This document shows positions 40,021 to 50,209 of a DNA stretch of 64,000 nucleotides, piece after piece. The notes under the pieces are model-generated. The model did not search any database and was not told where the DNA came from. It was given only the letters and a program-made list of their open reading frames with translations. The DNA lies in UHGV virus genome UHGV-0036853. The stretch is one strand, 5' to 3'. Each line of letters begins with the position of its first letter. The stretch's first letter is position 1. The stretch is from a virus. Made by a program: the position numbers and the translations under genes.

Positions 40021-40832
40021 GTCTCATCTCCCTTGAGCAAGTCTTTGTGACGCAAGTGATGCGTCGTATGTTTCTGATACATCCCGCCGTAATAAGCACG
40101 ACAACTTAGGCGGTCGATCTGGTGATGAAGAATCATTCCATCACCGATATAAACCGCGCAGTGGTCAGGCATTTTCCCGTATTGGATAAAGAAGATGTCC
40201 CCACGTTGAGGCTCTGTTCCGGGTGCAAGCCGTACCAATCCTTCGTTTCGGTAGTTCTGGTCGAGAATGTCGTTATCGCCGGTGTACCATGATGGAATAT
40301 GCAGGTGTGCGTTCGGGTTTAGTTCGACGTTAAACTCACGCTTCAAATAGTCCCGACACAACATCCAGCAATCGAATACGCCAAATACATACGGTCTGCC
40401 CAGGTATGGCATTTCGAAACCATCAGGAGTGATCACATTCATCTCGCTAAAATGGAAAGGGGCATCTCCCTCAACATTCTTGCGAATAGCCAGAATCATC
40501 CACGGAACTTCCGTCGCTTCGCAGCCTGCACGATCGGCATCAGATGCTTCTGCTGATTCATCAGTATGTGAATGCCAGATTGCGATAACATCACCCGCAT
40601 CCTCTGCCGCCATAATGTCGTCAACGTGCATTACAAAAGTGTTCTGCGGGTTCTCCGAAACATTCCGCGCTTCCATAAAGCGATATTTGTCGCCATTAGT
40701 TCTAACCAGAAAGCCACACGCTTCATTAGGGTAGCGATTTATGGCGCAGAGATAGATTTGCTGCATAACGTCAGAGCCAAGCTCAGGGATTGCTTTATTA
40801 CCCATACCGCGTAGCTCCAATAAATCCGCCAA
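40008..40832 (-). CDS. tail tip assembly protein K-like (JAB/MPN plus NlpC/P60)
   Basis: 274 aa; JAMM-type motif IWHSHTDESAEASDAD; conserved order L-K-I-J. Confidence 0.75.
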   Translation of the reverse strand: MADLLELRGMGNKAIPELGSDVMQQIYLCAINRYPNEACGFLVRTNGDKYRFMEARNVSENPQNTFVMHVDDIMAAEDAGDVIAIWHSHTDESAEASDADRAGCEATEVPWMILAIRKNVEGDAPFHFSEMNVITPDGFEMPYLGRPYVFGVFDCWMLCRDYLKREFNVELNPNAHLHIPSWYTGDNDILDQNYRNEGLVRLAPGTEPQRGDIFFIQYGKMPDHCAVYIGDGMILHHQIDRLSCRAYYGGMYQKHTTHHLRHKDLLKGDETCLS

Positions 40833-41529
40833 AATGGATCACACCGTCGGCAAAATAATTCCGACGCGCATTACAGGCGTCATAACGTTTTGTGCAGTAA
40901 TCCGCACCAGACATAGACGTCTGCTGGTTATTTTTGTCGAAATATGGACCGGTATAGCCGCATTCTGGCCCTCGGTATTTCCACGGGCAGGTGTTTTTAA
41001 TGATCTGACGATACGGCAGTTGCACCCCCATCAAATCGAACACACTGGACAATTCAAACTCGACAACCTGATGAGTTTCGAGAGTTTTCTGTTCGATAAA
41101 CCACATTTCATCCGGGAAATGTTGGTTTGGATCTGCTGTTGGGTTGCCGTCTTTAAAATTAACGGCATCGAGGAAGCGAGCCAGCGTCATCTTGCGAATA
41201 ATGCGGCAGCCAACAAGATCGTCGTTTGCCTGAACTTCCGCAGAGACGGTTCCGGCAAAGTTCGATACCTGAATTTTTGGACGTGGCAACGTTCCCTGGC
41301 CAGTTTTATCAAAGCCTGATGCTTTGATTGGCCACGGCTCGTATGTCACTCCTTGCCAGACGACCGGTTGCATCAGTTCGTTTGTTCCGGCGTGGAAGAA
41401 TAGCTTCCCCCCTGAAGTTGTGTTCGACATATCCAGTACGAACAACTCAATGAGTGCAGAGGGAGATAAGCTCTGAATATCAGCTTTAATTCCCATTGTT
41501 TCATCCTTGAAATAAGTAGGCGCTAACAT
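40798..41529 (-). CDS. minor tail protein L-like
   Basis: 243 aa; C-terminal Cys cluster CPWKYRGPECGY. Confidence 0.7.
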   Translation of the reverse strand: MLAPTYFKDETMGIKADIQSLSPSALIELFVLDMSNTTSGGKLFFHAGTNELMQPVVWQGVTYEPWPIKASGFDKTGQGTLPRPKIQVSNFAGTVSAEVQANDDLVGCRIIRKMTLARFLDAVNFKDGNPTADPNQHFPDEMWFIEQKTLETHQVVEFELSSVFDLMGVQLPYRQIIKNTCPWKYRGPECGYTGPYFDKNNQQTSMSGADYCTKRYDACNARRNYFADGVIHFGGFIGATRYG

Positions 41530-41578
41530 CCTGTCAGCGCCACAATGATAGTAAATTAGTACTTACTTATCCAGATAC

Positions 41579-41914
41579 TTAAGCCTCAAATACTTGTCTG
41601 AATGGAGCGGTTAATACTGCGTACCCCTGATATCGCTTGACCGTATGACTGTCACATACAACTACAATCCGTTTTCCTCTTGGATTAACCCAATAGAACG
41701 ACTCAACGCCTGCTCGCTCAGTCAGGAAGTCATCGATTGCATTAATTTCGTTGTATGATCTGGTAAAGGTTAACGACCATTCTTCTTTAATACGATTAAG
41801 ACCTTGAGCTTGTCGCTGCTCGTAGTCATCACCAAAATTAAGTACCGTTACATTCGGTTTTACGCTTTTTTCAGATTCGTAATCTGGATACCAATTAAAC
41901 GTTTGTCTTTCCAT
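41579..41914 (-). CDS. minor tail protein M-like
   Basis: 111 aa; position upstream of the L-like gene. Confidence 0.6.
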   Translation of the reverse strand: MERQTFNWYPDYESEKSVKPNVTVLNFGDDYEQRQAQGLNRIKEEWSLTFTRSYNEINAIDDFLTERAGVESFYWVNPRGKRIVVVCDSHTVKRYQGYAVLTAPFRQVFEA

Positions 41915-41956
41915 CTCACATCCTTGTGAGACTGCCCCGGTCGGGGCAGTCGATAG

Positions 41957-42706
41957 TTAGTTACGTTGAGTGTTTGGGTTGAGTGATCCGCCAGGGCGTT
42001 TCTCTTGAGCGATAGTCTCAAGCGCGATTGCTTTCATCCGTTGAGCGGCATTGTTCCATATGCTTTCTGTATCGCCGGATTCAGTTGTGCTACCGTCACT
42101 ATGGACGTTGATCTCAATTGATACCGGAGAAAGAACATTTCCTCCTCCACTCATACCATCGGTACTGAGCGTTACAGGGATTGTTCGACCATCAGGCAAT
42201 GGAACATACGCCTCATTCATAGAACCTTCCCCAAACAACGCTAATTGAGGTGAGTTAGCAATACCGCCTTTCTGGTATGCCCGGAGCGGGATCACGCCGT
42301 CTTTTCCGAATATTCCTCCATTTGCAAACTTCGGGATTGCAGGAATGCCTTTAGTTCCGTCAGCCACACTGCTGGTTGCGGTTTTAGCAGAGCTTGATGT
42401 CACGCTGTCGAAACCACCGCCAGCCCAAGCTGAAACAAGACCAGATGCAACCGTTGCTCCAAAACTCAACCACTTATTACCAGAGCCGGAAGCATTAGCT
42501 CCAAGCATTGCAAACGCGGCAGACAGCGCGCCGGTAACAGAGCTGAGGTTCTGCATCGAGAAGATGGAGTCCTTCACGGCTTTTGTCTCGGCATCTTTGG
42601 CTTCAGTGCTATCAAATAGCCCTGATACCCAGCTACCAATCGCATTTGTTGCTGTGCCAATTGCGCTGGTGGTCTGCTGTGTTGTTTGCCCCAATCCAGT
42701 TCCCAA
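41957..42706 (-). CDS. tape-measure-protein C-terminal-like fragment
   Basis: 249 aa; Gly/Ser/Ala-rich with FANGGIFGKDGVIPLRAYQKGG...EAYVPLPDG typical of TMP C-termini; far too short for a full tape measure. Confidence 0.45.
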   Translation of the reverse strand: MGTGLGQTTQQTTSAIGTATNAIGSWVSGLFDSTEAKDAETKAVKDSIFSMQNLSSVTGALSAAFAMLGANASGSGNKWLSFGATVASGLVSAWAGGGFDSVTSSSAKTATSSVADGTKGIPAIPKFANGGIFGKDGVIPLRAYQKGGIANSPQLALFGEGSMNEAYVPLPDGRTIPVTLSTDGMSGGGNVLSPVSIEINVHSDGSTTESGDTESIWNNAAQRMKAIALETIAQEKRPGGSLNPNTQRN

Positions 42707-43473
42707 GTAACGGTTTTATTTGTTGCTCCTGCCGGCTCGACATTTGCGGTCAGCTGAACAGTTTTGTTTGCCTCAACGGTTGTGCTATTTGGGTCGATTT
42801 CGACGCCGGTAACAGCCACAACAGGCGCAGTTACTTCCACCGTTGCAGTTGCCTTTTTGCTGCCATCTTGGGAAACGATCTCAATCGTCGCAGTGCCAAC
42901 TTCTACACCAGTAACGTTCCCGCTCTGGTCTACCGTTGCCTTATCTTCATTTTTGGAAGACCAGGTAACAGCCTTATTCGTCGCATTTGACGGCTGAACA
43001 TTCGCTTTCAGACTGACTGATTTCCCTTTCTCAACAGAGGTTGAGTCTGGCGTTACCGTTACGGATTGAACGGCTACCGGATTTACGGTGACTTCCACTG
43101 AAGCGGAAAGCTGGGTTTCCTGATCAGTTGCAGTAATTTTTACTTTGCCTGGTGCTACGCCAGTTACTAATCCAGTGCCGTTAACGGTTGCAATTTGATC
43201 ATTGGCTGACTTCCAGGTGAATGAACTGGCACTCTTACCCATACTAATACCTGCACTAAGTTGAACAGTTTTCCCAACCAAAACTGACGGTGAAGCCGGG
43301 GTTATGTTTACGGATTGGGAGAGGGGAACCGCCTGCAAACAAGCAGATAGCTGACTTTGTTGCCGCTCGGTTAAAGGTTCATCGGAGATAGAATTGGTAA
43401 ATCCGGCGCGACACATATGCCCCGTAAAATCCGAAAATGCCTCTTCCGTAATCTTCATCTTTTGTTCTGGCAT
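42574..43473 (-). CDS. Ig-like (Big_2) domain protein; decoration or tail protein
   Basis: 299 aa; two Big_2-like repeats (VTGVAPGKVKITAT, VTGVEVGTATIEIV); 3' end overlaps the next ORF in another frame. Confidence 0.55.
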   Translation of the reverse strand: MPEQKMKITEEAFSDFTGHMCRAGFTNSISDEPLTERQQSQLSACLQAVPLSQSVNITPASPSVLVGKTVQLSAGISMGKSASSFTWKSANDQIATVNGTGLVTGVAPGKVKITATDQETQLSASVEVTVNPVAVQSVTVTPDSTSVEKGKSVSLKANVQPSNATNKAVTWSSKNEDKATVDQSGNVTGVEVGTATIEIVSQDGSKKATATVEVTAPVVAVTGVEIDPNSTTVEANKTVQLTANVEPAGATNKTVTWELDWGKQHSRPPAQLAQQQMRLVAGYQGYLIALKPKMPRQKP

Positions 43474-43494
43474 TTCTTGCTCCTACAAAAAGGG

Positions 43495-43522
43495 TGGGCG
43501 TATAGCCCACCCTTAAACTTAG
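43495..43522 (-). terminator. rho-independent terminator after the major capsid gene
   Basis: Hairpin agggtgggcgtatagcccaccct with a T-run on the minus strand. Confidence 0.6.
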
Positions 43523-43546
43523 ATAATTACTTATCTACCGCACTGA

Positions 43547-44422
43547 TTAAATTTTTACATTGGTCAGTGCAGCGATAGCCTTATCGTGCTTATTCGCCAG
43601 AGAGCAGTACCACTTCACACGGGTACGTACTGCGTCTTTGTTCTGTACAGTACCAATGTTTTCAACAACGATACCTGCGTTATCGCCGCCATACAGACCA
43701 GTAACGCCGTTCTCTTCTGACAGATGCAAGCAGTAGATGCTTGCTTTGCCAGCATCGGTCGGGATGAAGTCGTTGATGATGAACGGAACGCCGTTATGAC
43801 ACAGCATCGGACGACCGAAGTTCTCCATCATGATTTCAGACGGACCTACATTTACTGTACGCAGCAGCGCACGGTAAGCACGAAGGTGCTCTGAACGCAT
43901 CATGATGCAGTCAGCACCAAGATCTTTCACCGCATCGACCAGTTCGTCGAACATAGAGAAAGTCATAGATGCACCGGCGATATCGATCTTCTGATCTGCG
44001 TGCATCAGGCGTGGAATACCGTCGAACGCTTTGTTGTTGGAGCTGGAGTCACCCAAAATCAGGTTGCGGCGGAACGCACGAGCCAGACCTTTAACTTTCT
44101 GACGAACCTGAATAGCCAACTGGTTATTGGTGTCGGCCATAGTGGTTGCCAGGAATTTATCAACGTCTACGTCACCAGCCAGAATACGCAGTTTCGCAAC
44201 GCATTCTTCGAAGGTTGCTGCACCTTCAGGGATGGTGTCGTTAACGTCGATGAAGGTAGCTTCACTCAGCGTTTTTTCACGGTTGTACAGATATGCCTTT
44301 GAATTAATTTTCATAAAAGGCAGGATGGCAAACAGGTCATCGCGATCGATGATAGTTTCGATCACACCCTGTTCAAGTTCGTTGTTAGACAGCTTTTCAG
44401 CTTCTTCACGCAGTAATGGCAT
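43547..44422 (-). CDS. major capsid protein
   Basis: 291 aa; follows the scaffold gene and precedes a strong terminator. Confidence 0.65.
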   Translation of the reverse strand: MPLLREEAEKLSNNELEQGVIETIIDRDDLFAILPFMKINSKAYLYNREKTLSEATFIDVNDTIPEGAATFEECVAKLRILAGDVDVDKFLATTMADTNNQLAIQVRQKVKGLARAFRRNLILGDSSSNNKAFDGIPRLMHADQKIDIAGASMTFSMFDELVDAVKDLGADCIMMRSEHLRAYRALLRTVNVGPSEIMMENFGRPMLCHNGVPFIINDFIPTDAGKASIYCLHLSEENGVTGLYGGDNAGIVVENIGTVQNKDAVRTRVKWYCSLANKHDKAIAALTNVKI

Positions 44423-44447
44423 CTATCAATTCCCTTTGATTTAGATG

Positions 44448-45335
44448 TTACTTAAGTCCAATTTTCCCCAGACCGGAGGCCAACTTATCCATAGTCGACT
44501 TGTTCTTCGGTTGGGATATTGTGTAGGTCGATTTGGAATGTGAGCCTACACCCTGCTTGGCTTCGCTACGCATCAATGCGTCAGCTTCCGGATCTGCCCG
44601 CACAATGCGTTCAATCGCGGATTCAAACGGCAACGGCTTACCTTCACCGTCAACCAGAACAGCTCGTTCTTTATGACCTGCCGGTTTGTCATAACCCACT
44701 ACGCTACCGTCTTCACCCACTTCAAAATGAGAACCGTAGATCACGCGGGCTTTTGCCGGAGTCATCAGAACTTTGTCACGTAGGAAGAGAGAGTTACTGA
44801 AGGAAGCGCCCACGGTCATCTCGACTAATTGAGATTTCAGTGATGCGTTTTCACTTTCCAGTGCTGCATAACGTTCGTCACGCTGTGCCAGCTCTGCCTG
44901 GTGTGCTTCGATCATCTGTTTTTTAACAGCATCGAACTCACCACGACGCTCCAGTTCAGCTTGCTCCGCCTCACGACGTGCGTTTTCTGCGGCCTGTTCA
45001 GCTTCTAAAAGCTGGCGAGCACGCGCCGGGTCGATATCACCGTACTGAGCAAGCTGATCGGCCAATGTGCGCTCTTTCTCTTTGCGCTTCATGTTCTCTT
45101 TCAGCAGTTCAGCACCAGCTTTCTTGGTTTTGCGAAGTTCGACCAGTAACTCTTCATGAGTCATGCCAGCGTATTCGTCATCACCCTTCGGCTGCTCTTT
45201 TTGTTCACCCTGCTTGTCAGGATCTTGTGTACTCTGCTCATTATCAGCAGCTACACCGCCAGCGCCCCCACGCTCATGCGCTTCAGCAACATCCATCAGA
45301 CCACGACGGGCCAAAAGCATTTGCCACAGTTTCAT
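44448..45335 (-). CDS. scaffolding protein
   Basis: 295 aa; charged coiled-coil (Ala/Glu/Gln/Arg-rich) between portal and capsid genes. Confidence 0.55.
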   Translation of the reverse strand: MKLWQMLLARRGLMDVAEAHERGGAGGVAADNEQSTQDPDKQGEQKEQPKGDDEYAGMTHEELLVELRKTKKAGAELLKENMKRKEKERTLADQLAQYGDIDPARARQLLEAEQAAENARREAEQAELERRGEFDAVKKQMIEAHQAELAQRDERYAALESENASLKSQLVEMTVGASFSNSLFLRDKVLMTPAKARVIYGSHFEVGEDGSVVGYDKPAGHKERAVLVDGEGKPLPFESAIERIVRADPEADALMRSEAKQGVGSHSKSTYTISQPKNKSTMDKLASGLGKIGLK

Positions 45336-45356
45336 AAAAATTCCCTTTGTTACTTA

Positions 45357-46931
45357 TCACTCGTTCTCTTGAGTAGATGAGTCCCCATTCCCTCGGGGTT
45401 GATCTTGCCCGCTTTCTTGGGCCACACCACGATCATAAGTAAGTACTGACTTATTTTCAAGGGTATTTAGATCATTTTTTGGCGGAAAATTCAAGAGATC
45501 TTTATCAAATTCCTTTTTCATCGCCTCAGTAATGTTCGGGAAAATCTTCTCAATAAGCATTTCCATCTGGTGACGACGTACAGAGTCCGGTGCCTGAAGT
45601 AATGACAGTTTCTCGGCAACAGAAAATTCATCTGTAAGGCCACGAATATCGAAACTTTCTGGATACGCAATTAAAGAGTGGTCTTCGTCCAGATCTACCC
45701 CCATCCATTTCGCAACCAGTAGCATGATTTGGCGTTCAGCCCTTTCCAGACGCTCTGCTTTTGTGACAAGCAAGCTATTTACACGCTGGAAGTCATACAT
45801 TTTTGCGGCACCAGATGAGTTATCGATTCCCTGTGCGTTGTCCTGCTTCGTTCGCTCACCAGCTACACCAACTGAATGGTAGATTTCGTTAATCACCGTC
45901 TTAATCGTAGTGATGATCATCTGAGCTTGTTTCGGGTCTGGTGACAGATAAAACGGCTGGTTTCCACCTTCAGAATCGTAGGTGAAGACTCGCTTTGTGC
46001 CCATTTCAAGCACTTTAGTGTGGTTTTCATCACCAGGTAAAAGCGACTGTACCGGTATAGCCAACTGGCTAAATGTCTGATCCTGAATAATGGCATCAAG
46101 GTTTGACAGATAGTTTGCAACCGCACGATCAAGATAAGCGATATCATCGATCAACGATGGGCTGAAATACGGTGATTCACTTTCTCCAATACAATCAACA
46201 GGAAACACAGGAACTACGCCGAGATTATGCTCACCGCTATCCTCTAAAATAACTTTTGCCTGACGGCGACCTGCTCCACCAGCGCCCTTCTTCACTTCCT
46301 CACGGAACAGATACCACTCGTTTTGTGTCCACAGACGATAACGTTGGTATTCCTGACCTGTAGAAGTAAAAGGATCTGCGTCATCACGAGCGACTTCCAC
46401 AATTAACGCCCACAACATATTCCCGTCGTCGTCCCATGCCACATCCAGCATTTGCTGAGGTGAAATCCAGTAGGCGTAGGCGCGAGCATCTTTCTTTTTC
46501 TCGTCAGCTACTGACTCAACATCACCACTCATCGTGCTATCGACAACAACCCATATGCGACCGTAAATAGACGACTGCAAATCAATAGCGGCCATAAATG
46601 AGTCAATAGAGGCATTCTGGCGAGTCGCACGTTTCCAGAAATTGCGGATCTGCTCTGGTGCCTCTTCGATATTTCTATGAATGTCTTCTTTAAAGAGATA
46701 TTTGTTGATGAGGTTTACCACCTCACGAGTGTGGTTGAAGCGATAAGCACGTTCAACTCGCTCCTTAAACTCCTGATCTCCCTCTTTAAAGTAACGAAAG
46801 ATATTGTCTGTAAACCAACCACGCCCGCCAGCGTAAGTGCTGGCGAGGAAGTCCCAATGTTCTTTTTTCTTTTCGTATTCCGGGTGGCGTCGCGCCACCA
46901 GATCCTTAATTTGTTTGTCGTTCAATTCCAT
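45357..46931 (-). CDS. portal protein
   Basis: 524 aa; immediately downstream of the large terminase. Confidence 0.7.
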   Translation of the reverse strand: MELNDKQIKDLVARRHPEYEKKKEHWDFLASTYAGGRGWFTDNIFRYFKEGDQEFKERVERAYRFNHTREVVNLINKYLFKEDIHRNIEEAPEQIRNFWKRATRQNASIDSFMAAIDLQSSIYGRIWVVVDSTMSGDVESVADEKKKDARAYAYWISPQQMLDVAWDDDGNMLWALIVEVARDDADPFTSTGQEYQRYRLWTQNEWYLFREEVKKGAGGAGRRQAKVILEDSGEHNLGVVPVFPVDCIGESESPYFSPSLIDDIAYLDRAVANYLSNLDAIIQDQTFSQLAIPVQSLLPGDENHTKVLEMGTKRVFTYDSEGGNQPFYLSPDPKQAQMIITTIKTVINEIYHSVGVAGERTKQDNAQGIDNSSGAAKMYDFQRVNSLLVTKAERLERAERQIMLLVAKWMGVDLDEDHSLIAYPESFDIRGLTDEFSVAEKLSLLQAPDSVRRHQMEMLIEKIFPNITEAMKKEFDKDLLNFPPKNDLNTLENKSVLTYDRGVAQESGQDQPRGNGDSSTQENE

Positions 46932-46957
46932 TTGAATAACCTTAGATAATTACTTAC

Positions 46958-48214
46958 CTATCGAGAACCACCAAGAATAACACGGTTTTTGACTGGATAC
47001 CTACGATGTACTGGATAGCCCAATGCGTCTGCACTATGCTCAATGCCACCTGTCTTATCCATATCTCGTGTTCCAGGCTTGTAGATGACTTTTTCCAGTG
47101 AATCAATCAAATGCTTGCACTTCGGATCGATATACAACCGGATATCTCCAGATGCGGTCATCAGCATTCGGTTAACAGCATTAACACGATCCGCAATTGG
47201 CGGGTGCTTTTTCGAATAATCGACACGTAAGAATCCCTTCTCTTTGAAAATGTCGACGTCAGACTCCCCGCGAGCATGTTGGCGATAAGCACCTGCCGGA
47301 TCTGGAAATACCGTTATCTGTGATTTCCAGCGCCAGAAGCGTCTCTCAAGCTCATCACAAACCTCTGCCGTGTTAGAGGAAAAGAGCACCAATTCATCAA
47401 TTGCCCATAGCTCGCCGTTTGGCTGAGGTTGCAAAATTACGGAAGACATCGGGTCAATGTTGAAGTCCTGTCCTACCCATATAGGCAACCGAGGGTTGAA
47501 TTGAAGCGGTTTAACATGCACGTTACGATCGAACGGGTAGTAAACGCGACCGGACATGTTCTCAAAGCTGGCTAGGTACTCCTGAGCGAACGATTTGGGG
47601 TCCATATCGTTCTTAGCAGCTTCAATTTCCGCCGTAGGTACAAACGGAGAATCGGCAGTTACAAACTGCCAGCTCTTCCACTGTCCCTTTCGTTGCAGCT
47701 CTACGTTCTGACCTATAGTCCACAGTTTGTGAAATTCCGAGAAGCCTTTTGGCGTTCCAATGATCAGTGCACCGCCGCGTGTCGATGAAAGAGTTGGTCG
47801 TAGTACCTTGTACCAGGTATCAGCCTTCATATCCTGAAATTCATCAAGCACTACAAAATGCAACGCAACGCCGCGCAGAGTGTCAGGCTTATCAGCACCT
47901 TTAAGGGCGATCTCCGAACCGTTCTTCAACACGATTGTCATCGTGGTGTCGTTCTTTTTCCTAACCCACTTACGAGGCAGAACTTCCTGTAGATCGTCCC
48001 ACAAAATCTGACGAGCCATCTGATAAGTCGGGGCGACATACCAGACCCTTTGCTTTTTTTCCTTTGCAGCCGCACGAATAATAGTTGAGATCGACAACCG
48101 GGATTTCCCCCAGCGTCGACCAGCACAAACAACTTTAAATCGATGCGGTGACTGGAAGACTTTCATCTGTCCAGAATGCAACTGCACAAGACTTAGAGAG
48201 GACGGGATTGCCAT
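46958..48214 (-). CDS. terminase large subunit
   Basis: 418 aa; Walker A-like VVCAGRRWGKS; ATPase then nuclease layout. Confidence 0.85.
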   Translation of the reverse strand: MAIPSSLSLVQLHSGQMKVFQSPHRFKVVCAGRRWGKSRLSISTIIRAAAKEKKQRVWYVAPTYQMARQILWDDLQEVLPRKWVRKKNDTTMTIVLKNGSEIALKGADKPDTLRGVALHFVVLDEFQDMKADTWYKVLRPTLSSTRGGALIIGTPKGFSEFHKLWTIGQNVELQRKGQWKSWQFVTADSPFVPTAEIEAAKNDMDPKSFAQEYLASFENMSGRVYYPFDRNVHVKPLQFNPRLPIWVGQDFNIDPMSSVILQPQPNGELWAIDELVLFSSNTAEVCDELERRFWRWKSQITVFPDPAGAYRQHARGESDVDIFKEKGFLRVDYSKKHPPIADRVNAVNRMLMTASGDIRLYIDPKCKHLIDSLEKVIYKPGTRDMDKTGGIEHSADALGYPVHRRYPVKNRVILGGSR

Positions 48215-48846
48215 TATTCGTCCTCCCCTTCACTTCCATCATCTGTCGCATCAAATTCGCTTAGAGCTTCTTCTTCCAAAGTCTCAAGCAATTCGTCATC
48301 GATGATTTCAGGCTCGTCGTCTTCCTGACGTAATTTCGCCACCTGGGAAGGTGTAAGCTCACCAAATACCAAGTTCGGAATTTCTTCCTCGTCATTTTCT
48401 GCATGATCCATACCCAACGCTTTGGACGAAACTTCAAAGCATTTTGCAAGGGTATTACTTGCTCTCTGTAAGCTCTTGAGAGAATCCTCAATCGCCCCTA
48501 AAGGCTTACCCTCACGTTTGGCCGTAGTGACTTCGACCATCACCATCTGCCCCAACGCATACGCCCAGCCGTCATAACGTGTACGACGTTCTTCTATCTT
48601 TTCCGCACGGGCTTTAGCGCGAAGCTCTGCGTCAGATTTAAGAGACTCACGAACCATCTTCCCAACAGAGTCCGCGCCTTTCTCTAATCCTCGCTTTTTG
48701 AAATGTCTGGAGAGTGTTTCACGACGAATGCCGTACTCTTCCTCCAGCTTTGAGAGTGTATATTCGCCTGACGTCCATTTGGCTTCAGCTTCGGCCCACT
48801 CAGCTGGTGTCAGGCGAGTTTTTACCTCGTCTTTTTCGACCGTCAT
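48214..48846 (-). CDS. terminase small subunit
   Basis: 210 aa; N-terminal HTH-like segment, acidic C-terminus, stop overlaps the large-terminase start. Confidence 0.6.
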   Translation of the reverse strand: MTVEKDEVKTRLTPAEWAEAEAKWTSGEYTLSKLEEEYGIRRETLSRHFKKRGLEKGADSVGKMVRESLKSDAELRAKARAEKIEERRTRYDGWAYALGQMVMVEVTTAKREGKPLGAIEDSLKSLQRASNTLAKCFEVSSKALGMDHAENDEEEIPNLVFGELTPSQVAKLRQEDDEPEIIDDELLETLEEEALSEFDATDDGSEGEDE

Positions 48847-48940
48847 AGATCCCTCTAAAACACACAGAGCGCGTCCATGCGCTCTAAAACAACTTGTTTA
48901 CTGCATCTGCTAACCAACTTGTTTTCTGGGGTGTTTAATT

Positions 48941-49030
48941 AGGTCTGGGCATATCTTACTAAGCCTGCTTCCGTATATATTTAATAAGTTACTTATTATT
49001 TATATATACAGAAGCAGGTCTTTAAATAAG
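48941..49030. repeat. AT-rich palindromic element, copy B (nested inverted repeats)
   Basis: Core cctgcttccgtatatatttaataagttacttattatttatatatacagaagcaggtc matches 25722-25812; outer arms ggtctggg / cccagacc. Confidence 0.6.
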
Positions 49031-49042
49031 CTCCCAGACCGA

Positions 49043-49309
49043 TTACATCACCAGTAACTTCGCTTTGGCTCGACCTAAAGTGGTTAACCCAAGAGTCCGG
49101 CGGTGATAGCGATTGTCACTGCGTTGGCGCGTATGCCCTTTCTCCACCAGCCCCTTTTTTATCAGAGCGCGAATTGAGAACTGGATACTTTGCTTGGTTG
49201 TCTTGTACGGCAAAACTTCAAGCAATTCGTCCAGATCAAGTAGATGACCTCGCTCATAACCGAGATTGAGCGTTTTGATGATGTCCTTTTGTTTATCGGT
49301 TAACGTCAT
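49043..49309 (-). CDS. small basic DNA-binding protein (winged-helix-like)
   Basis: 88-aa ORF, Lys/Arg-rich. Confidence 0.4.
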   Translation of the reverse strand: MTLTDKQKDIIKTLNLGYERGHLLDLDELLEVLPYKTTKQSIQFSIRALIKKGLVEKGHTRQRSDNRYHRRTLGLTTLGRAKAKLLVM

Positions 49310-49318
49310 GGCAAATCC

Positions 49319-50209
49319 TTATGCCGGTAAAGCAATTTCTAACGGTTTATCCAAAGGTTGTTTGTCGAATGCCAGCAGTGGCAGCGTGTCAGGCAGTCGA
49401 CGGCCAAAGTCAGGGTTTCGGTACACACCATACAACGGAGACGTAAAGCTCAGGTTGTGAATGTCCTTGAGCAGCTTCACAATGCTGGCCTCGTCCACCA
49501 GACTGTCGGCAATGTCCTGAATCGTCGTGCCACGATTCCGCCCAGCTTTTGCCAGGGAACTGTTCTTGTGGTAGTCCGCCACCAGATCACGCAGTGCACG
49601 GCGACGACGAGACTCGCTCATTGCGAACAACTCTTTGACGATCGCCTCGTTATCACCCGGGTCAGAACGGAAATGGCGCTGGAATACACGCAGTGCACTT
49701 TCATAGCTCTTCGGTCGCTCAGGGCGGATGAACTTAAACCCTGCTTTCATGGCGAAGGGATTGTATTTGCTCATCGAGGACTGGATCTCAATGATTGGCC
49801 GGTCATGCATCCTGCTAACCAGGTTAATCATTCGATAAGAGACGCCTACGCCACGATACTGAGTATCCACAACTGAGCGACTGATCACCGCAAAGTTGTT
49901 ATTCACGTACCGACCCCAGTACTGGTTAGCCACGGTGGTATTAGTGGTTGGTTTCAACTTAGGAAACATGCGGTGGCGAGGTGCCAACAGTAGTTTCGGG
50001 TAAGCCATAACCACGACGCCCACCAGACGGTCATCAAGTTCGCAGCGATAGTAAGTTGGCGCGAAAGGTTTGCCGTCTGTTTTGTAGTGAAGCGACTTAA
50101 GAGCGTGCCAGTCCTCTACAGTTCCCTTTGTAACAGTCATTCGCTCCAGAAAGTCCAGATGACGCGGAAACTCTTCAGGGCGGTAGCGTTTAATGATGAT
50201 GTCCGTCAT
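49319..50209 (-). CDS. GNAT-like acetyltransferase-fold protein with C-terminal extension
   Basis: 296 aa; VGVVVMAY strand and motif-A-like RSVVDTQYRGVGVSYRMI; start overlaps upstream stop. Confidence 0.4.
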   Translation of the reverse strand: MTDIIIKRYRPEEFPRHLDFLERMTVTKGTVEDWHALKSLHYKTDGKPFAPTYYRCELDDRLVGVVVMAYPKLLLAPRHRMFPKLKPTTNTTVANQYWGRYVNNNFAVISRSVVDTQYRGVGVSYRMINLVSRMHDRPIIEIQSSMSKYNPFAMKAGFKFIRPERPKSYESALRVFQRHFRSDPGDNEAIVKELFAMSESRRRRALRDLVADYHKNSSLAKAGRNRGTTIQDIADSLVDEASIVKLLKDIHNLSFTSPLYGVYRNPDFGRRLPDTLPLLAFDKQPLDKPLEIALPA

